DNA from: the human T2T-CHM13v2.0 reference genome, Homo sapiens
Assembly (NCBI RefSeq): GCF_009914755.1
Contig: NC_060934.1
Direction: 5' to 3' (one strand)
DNA length: 64,000 nucleotides
Shown here: in pieces, positions 57,818 to 64,000 of the stretch
Layout: each line of letters starts with the position of its first letter
Numbering within the stretch: the stretch's first letter is position 1
Notes under the pieces: model-generated
Seen by the model: the letters and a program-made list of their open reading frames with translations, nothing else
Databases searched by the model: none
Told to the model about the DNA's origin: nothing
Position numbers and translations under genes: made by a program

Positions 57818-58530
57818 GAAAAATCTGTTGGGACATGTAGGCTGGTTTATAATATTTCTGCAGGTCTATTCTAATATTTTGTGTGCTGAAAAAATACAAC
57901 TGGGGCCAGTTGGTTAGAAGTCACAGAGAGGTTGATCTCAGTTTTATAGGGTCAAAAAAAAAAAAAATAAGGAGATTATCTACAATTATAATTGCGGGAT
58001 AGAAGTCTGAGTTCTCTGTTCCTATAGTTGCTTGAGGAAGGCCAAAAATTCTCATATGTCATCCAGTAGAGCAACAGAGCTGTTTTATCCTGTAGGAAAT
58101 TTAAATATTCTTGCATTTTATGTGATTAAATTCCAGAGTGTTAGAACTGCAAGGGCCTTTTAACACCGTGCAGTCAAACTTCTTGATTTAACAGATGATG
58201 AAACTAAGGATCAGAGGTATTGGTGGGATTCAGTGGGGTTACCGGATGAATGAGGATGGACTGAGAAACCAAGTCTCTTTGAATTCAATCCTATCTTTTT
58301 TCTACGTTTCATTGCTGCTTTAATGTGAATGTAATCCAAGAAAAAAAAAAAAGAGAAAGACACCCAGATGCAGATAACAGAACTATCTAATAGAATGACA
58401 AACACGGAGATTAACAGTGTGTACCAAGAGGCTGATCCTGAAAGAGAGCAAAAAACAGAACTATGGCTCTGCAATTTCTACTTTCTCTCTGGCTTTCTTT
58501 GAATGGAAAGGCTAATATCGGATTCTAGGC

Positions 58531-58751
58531 CAGGTGTTGGCAAACTTTTTTCTGGAATGGTGCAAATAATAAAAATTGTATGCTTTCCAGGCCACAGATA
58601 CCCTCTGTCCCATATTATTTGTTTTGTTTTTATATTTGTTTGTTTGATTATCACTCTTTAAAAATGGGGAAAAATCCTTTTTAGTTTGAAAGCTACACAA
58701 AAATAGGCTACTGGCTAGAATGAACCACAGAGAGCAGTTTCCTGACCATTG
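58531..58751 (+). mobile_element. MER58-type hAT-Charlie MITE
   Basis: TIRs caggtgttggcaaact / agtttcctgaccattg. Flanks ttctaggc / gtctggtc resemble the hAT 8-bp target. Confidence 0.8.
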
Positions 58752-59539
58752 GTCTGGTCTGTTTAGTAAGAGGGAGTAGGACATTAAATGTCCTTTGAGA
58801 GACAGAATGTTGCGGACAAGAAAGTATGCTCCTCAAGACAGTAGTAGGTAGATGTTTATTGTCTTCAGAAAATAAGTTAAGGGTATCTAGGCTGTTAAAA
58901 AGTCCTCTCCAATCTGTTAGAAAAAAATACATAATAATAATAATAGCCAAAGAAGAGAGACAACCATCAGCTCTCTATGGGCCATGTGTAGTCCCTGTGA
59001 CTTGATGAGTTTTATGCAGAAAAAGACTGTTAGTTGCTTGATGTGAAATCAATTAGTGCCATAACACAGCAATCAGAAAGTAATTATAGTCAAATCTAAC
59101 AATAGACTTTATGGGCAAAAATAAGATGAAGAAAATAAGATGCATAATTCAGTAATGGAAATGTTGTTTACTGAATAACTAATCAAAAACATTAAAAAAT
59201 AATGGGGTTTTAGAAAATCTCTTCCCTGTCACATTTCACAGCAGGGAGAAGGATATGACTCCAGTGTGAAGCCATGAAGTAGGTGACTTTTCCTCAGGGC
59301 AAATTGAAAAACAAGGAAACAGAGGAATTAAAATCACACTTGTCCTTCCGCTCAAGTATTTTTGCAATGCTCCTAAACATGGAGCTCTCTGTGGGCATGA
59401 TCTGGAGACAGACGATGAGAGAGCGAGAGAGAGAGAGACATACATACATACCTATATACATACAAACATACACGGATGATAGCTGTTGAGCTAGAGAGAT
59501 ACACAGATAAATATATTTGTACTGTGAAGTCCACTACTT

Positions 59540-59705
59540 CATACACGTTAATTAATCCTCATGAAGAAAGTTATACAGTAGTTATTATATTCCTCATTTT
59601 GAAGATGGGAAATTGAGGCTCGCAAAGGTTAGGTACTTCTCTAAGGTCTCAGGCAACAAGTGGTGCGGTCAGGATTAGAATTTTGGTAACTCCAATGCCA
59701 AATTT
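59540..59705 (-). mobile_element. MIR
   Basis: cctcattttgaagatgggaaattgaggctc...aaggttaggtacttctctaaggtc. Confidence 0.75.
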
Positions 59706-61250
59706 TTTACTTTTTTACCATCTCCTGCTTCCTCTCTTGTAGCCACCTTCTACCTCTGCTAATTACAAGATTCCAGGCTAATTCCCAGGCTCTACATTCT
59801 CTGAGGCAAGCACAGTAGATGGTCGATTGCTGTAAGTTAATAAGTAGACTCCACTGCAGAGTCACAAACAGGCTCTGCTAATACGCTGCCTCTGGGGAAA
59901 TGAAATCTTGGAGAAAGAGGATGTCTTAGAACTGCAGCATGAGGCAATGTCATGGAGCCAGTAGAGTGTTGGTGAGAGAGCTGATAGATGGACAAAAGGA
60001 ATCAGCAAAGGAAATCAAGGATGCCTGTACCCTGACTTACTGAATCAGCTTAATATCACCCACAGGAATAATTGCTCCCTGCCCCAGCTCTTAATCTCTG
60101 ACTCTGCTGATTAATAATATTAATGATGATAATAACAATCATAATTTCTTTCATCAAAACTTTTTATACTAACAGCCTTTAGCTATTTAAATGTTCACAT
60201 AGGATATTCTATGACCCTTCACAATTTTATATTGTCTTTTATGGCGTTCAATCTTGTATTAAGATAGCAGAATTCTTTTCCCTCTGTATCTTGTACATAA
60301 AAGAAATCTGAAACACAAAAGGATCTAACCAGTGAGAGAAAACACACTCTTCCTACTGTCTCAGAACCATCGGATGCTTATTAATATTTAAATTTAAGAC
60401 AGTAGAACAGCAACAATAGGAGTCCATTCTTATCAAAGCTCAGAAACCCCAACAGAGAACACAGGAAGAGAAGCTGGAAGGTGGTAGAGGTGCATAGTAA
60501 AAGGGTCAAAGGATGGAATTTAAATGTAACAAGGACAGCAGGAATGTGTTCTAGTCAAATCAAAGACTGAATTCATCCCTGATGCTGTTTCACAGTGACA
60601 GGCATAACCAGTAACCACAAATGACCTGCAACTTCAATGCTGAGGTCAATCTGTCACAGGAAGACAATCTCATGAGCAGGAGCAAATCCCCTTTTTATGG
60701 GATCCAGACTTTTGATCAAGCTTAATTCACTGAAGGGGTACATGTGGGCATGTGTGTTTTCTGACCAATGTGAGCATACATAAGAGACAAGGACTTAGAA
60801 ACACACACCTGAAAATTAGACATAGAGCAGAGAGAAAATACCCTATCAGTTAAACAGATCTTAAAATTGCAAACAATTAAATCTACTTATGTGTGTCAAA
60901 TTGCTGGAATTGACCTCTAAATTTAACTTGGAATCATAAATACAAGCAGGCTTGAGAGAAAATGTCATTTTGATGGAACCCAGGTATTTAAAATTTTTTC
61001 ATATAGGATAAGTTATAAGGTAGAAATGGGAGAGGCTTTGACAAGTAAATATATTTTTTTCAGAGGAGTTGAGTTTATTAATACAGTTTTGTAATTAAAA
61101 CTTTGGGAAGGAAACCTTTCTTAAATTTATTTGGAAGGATGGCCACAAGGAAAGAGAAAAAAAACTGTCTCCAAAGGCATCACTGAGCAGTTGCATTAAC
61201 CCAAGCCTAAGGTATTTCAAGACTTCTAGGGTCAAGGTGACTGTCTCTTG

Positions 61251-61257
61251 ATGTATG

Positions 61258-61292
<35 letters not shown>

Positions 61293-61297
61293 GCGTG
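61251..61297. repeat. (TG)n microsatellite, interrupted
   Basis: Read directly from the sequence. Confidence 0.95.
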
Positions 61298-64000
61298 CTC
61301 ATTTAAACATTTACAAATTAATTTTCCAATACAAAGTCCTTCCATTTTCTGCAAATATCAATAAGGAGATTCTTCATTTGCTTGTTCTCCAGGTTTTCTT
61401 GTGAATTGGCTCCTGATGTGCTTTACTACTCCTTCATGTAAAAGACATAACCAAGTGTAAAGAATCCTGCCATCTCCCTCACAATAATCAACTCTAATTC
61501 TCAAAAGCTGATAAAGAAAGGAGCATCCTCCTAGCATGAAGCACATGGAATCACAAAGATTTCTTGAAGATAACGTGAAGCTCATGGGACTGGAATCTGT
61601 TTAAATTATCCAATTCTTTCCAAACAAGAAAGTTCATGGGACTCTTCCACAATCAGTAAGAAAGTTTTGAATTGACTATTGTATTGGCTCATTTTAATAT
61701 GTAATGTAATTGCTGACTTTTTTTAATTCTGGTTGTTCATTTTACTTGTCCCTAATCTTTTAAATATCTAGTTCTAGTTCTTGAGAATGGCTAGGATCTC
61801 ATACATGGTGGTATAATTATACATACTTTTAATTTTTTAAAGTTTAATTTGCCCTTTAAAGATAATTATTCTTGCTTCTAATATAATCTCATTCTCAATC
61901 AAATTTAGAAGCCAAAGTAATATGCCAATATCATTTGGACTGCGATCTAAACTTGCATTCAAGTGTACTGCAGAGAGAAAAGCCAAGGCTCTCAGGAGTA
62001 AATATTGATTCTTTGGAGGACACCCAAGACACCAAAATAAAGTTCTGAGAAGAATTATACAAACTAAATATGCAGGAGACAGGATAGTTACTCTGATCAA
62101 ATAAGAATTTGAATGAGTGCCGTTGATTGGAACCTCAAAGGACATACCCCACCACTGTGGGAAAGTTTCACCTCCCTAGAGCAGAGGTCACAGGTTCCTC
62201 CTTAACTTGGGCCTCAGTGCCCACTGCCTGGAACTGCTATTTATTTTTTCTACACATACTGCTTTTCCCTGGCTAGGTTAGATGCCCCTCATGGACAGGC
62301 TGTTTCTGTAACTCCAATTTCTAGCCTGCACAATGCCTTAGATGTCATTGAAAAGCAATACAGCTCTGTTGTGAAAATTTATGCAGATGAAATGAATCGT
62401 AGCTCCTGCAACTTATGTTGACTCGCTTAGAAAAAAAAGTAGAATGATGACTTCAGAATTATAAGAGAATAGAAGATGTTACATTTCTAAAATGCTTTTT
62501 ATGTATTTGATCTAAAAATATTCAAACTTAAATGAGAAGTAAAACTTATTTGCACTACAAGCAACATAACAAACATCATATTCTGAGGAAAGGTAATTTC
62601 ATCCATCAACCCATAGCTTCTCACAAAAGAACTCAGACATCCTGCTTTCTGTCACAAATATTAATACTTTTATAAAAAGGAAACAGATTAATAATATAAC
62701 AAATCTGTGCAGAATGTGTTTCATTAATTTTCCAGGAAGGCAGCATTGCAGAATTACTTGAGAGTCAAGTTTAACCTTATTTTCTACTATGTACTTACTG
62801 TTGTTCCAAAACATGATCAATTTATTTTCTGCAAGACACTGAGCATTGCTGCTAAAACAAGATTGATTCCGAATCTCTCCAAAGTAACTGCTTCTTTTAT
62901 TTTTATTTTTTATCAATGTTAATGAAACCACAGTGTCTTGGCAAAATTCAATTTAAGATCCTTTTTCCACCTGGAATGTTTTGGGCACTTAAAAACCTTA
63001 GACATTTCTGGAACATGAGTTAGAAGAATATTTTTTTCTACAGTATTGTTTTAAAATAATATTCTAAAAAGATGTTATTTAAATGATATTCTAAAAGGAT
63101 TATTTTTTAAGGGGAGAGAAGAATTACTCTATTTTCATACAAATCCTCCACAGGGAAATAGACAATAATGACTGTTCTCGAGGAATTTTTGCGGTTATTT
63201 TTGCTCACAAACAATCTAAAGTGGAACATGCTATTAGAATACTTTCAGTACTGTGTGGTAAAACTAGTATTTACTGAAAAACTAAAATGAAAGGTTTATT
63301 TTACTAGTCAGGCTTACAAAATAAAACATCCTTAGAAAATGCATTTCAAAATAAATCTCATGAAATGGATATTTTGCCTTTGCACAATGATCTTTTAATT
63401 TTAGTAAATATTTAACTTGCCACAGAATAGTAGCAAAATATACTGTCATCACCATTCGTTCAGGTTTCTATCAATTTATTAAGCACCTACTTTACGCTAG
63501 GGAATATAATAGATTCTATCTATTCTATAATTATGTCTACTTTTACAAGTTACTATACAACTATTCTTTTCCAGCTAAAGCAAATATTTCTCTAATCCCA
63601 AATCATGTGAATGGTACTTTTAAAAAAATTCTTGAAGATTAAAAAGTTTGTGCTGTTTTGGATGATTCCTTTGGGCACAGTATATTTGCTTAGTATTCAT
63701 ACGTATTTAAAACTTTTTAAATATCCATGATACTACACATTATGGATGTAGCTTTATTGTTATGGTTATTAAATGAGCATTATTTAACAAAATATTAATA
63801 GGATCAGTATTCTGAGGGATTGCTTATATTTACATAATTTGTTTCTGAACATATCTCCATTCGGTTACTGAAAATTTAGCATCAGATAGATGTTTTAAAT
63901 ATAAACCGGTGATGAGCTAATCTTTTCAAGAGTCATATGACATTAATGTATTCCAGGATTTAGTTTTAGAAGAATATTAAAACTTAGGCTTCTGCTCTCA

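Noticed and set aside
62793-62865. Possible 53-nt minus-strand exon (tcttgttttag ... ACA|GTAAGT) within ORF 62599-62931
   Set aside because: No recognisable protein similarity and no partner exons; within chance expectation.

Overview
AT-rich, CpG-depleted primate (human-like) euchromatic DNA, either intergenic or deep intronic. I found no supportable protein-coding gene, RNA gene, CpG island or CRISPR array. Every supplied ORF is a broken L1 ORF2 fragment, an Alu/L1/microsatellite-derived frame, or a chance ORF. A large part of the window is interspersed repeat: ten Alus plus one FRAM monomer; L1s of several ages (L1PA, L1MA, L1MC/ME, HAL1-like); MaLR (MLT1) solo LTRs; a MER66-like ERV1 LTR; an LTR16-like LTR joined to a decayed ERVL-type internal region; MER58 and MER5 DNA transposons; and L3/CR1 and MIR relics. 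The least explained structure is a pair of ~205 bp direct repeats ~77% identical (27611-27818 and 28508-28712). Other points of interest are a twin-primed 5'-inverted L1PA with TSD, a probable ancient inverted L1M, an old L1 whose 5' UTR is fused directly to distal ORF2, and exon-like segments next to (TG)n tracts. I cannot support a claim of a new biological system from this sequence alone. Subfamily names and boundaries come from visual recognition of consensus motifs and need RepeatMasker/Dfam confirmation.
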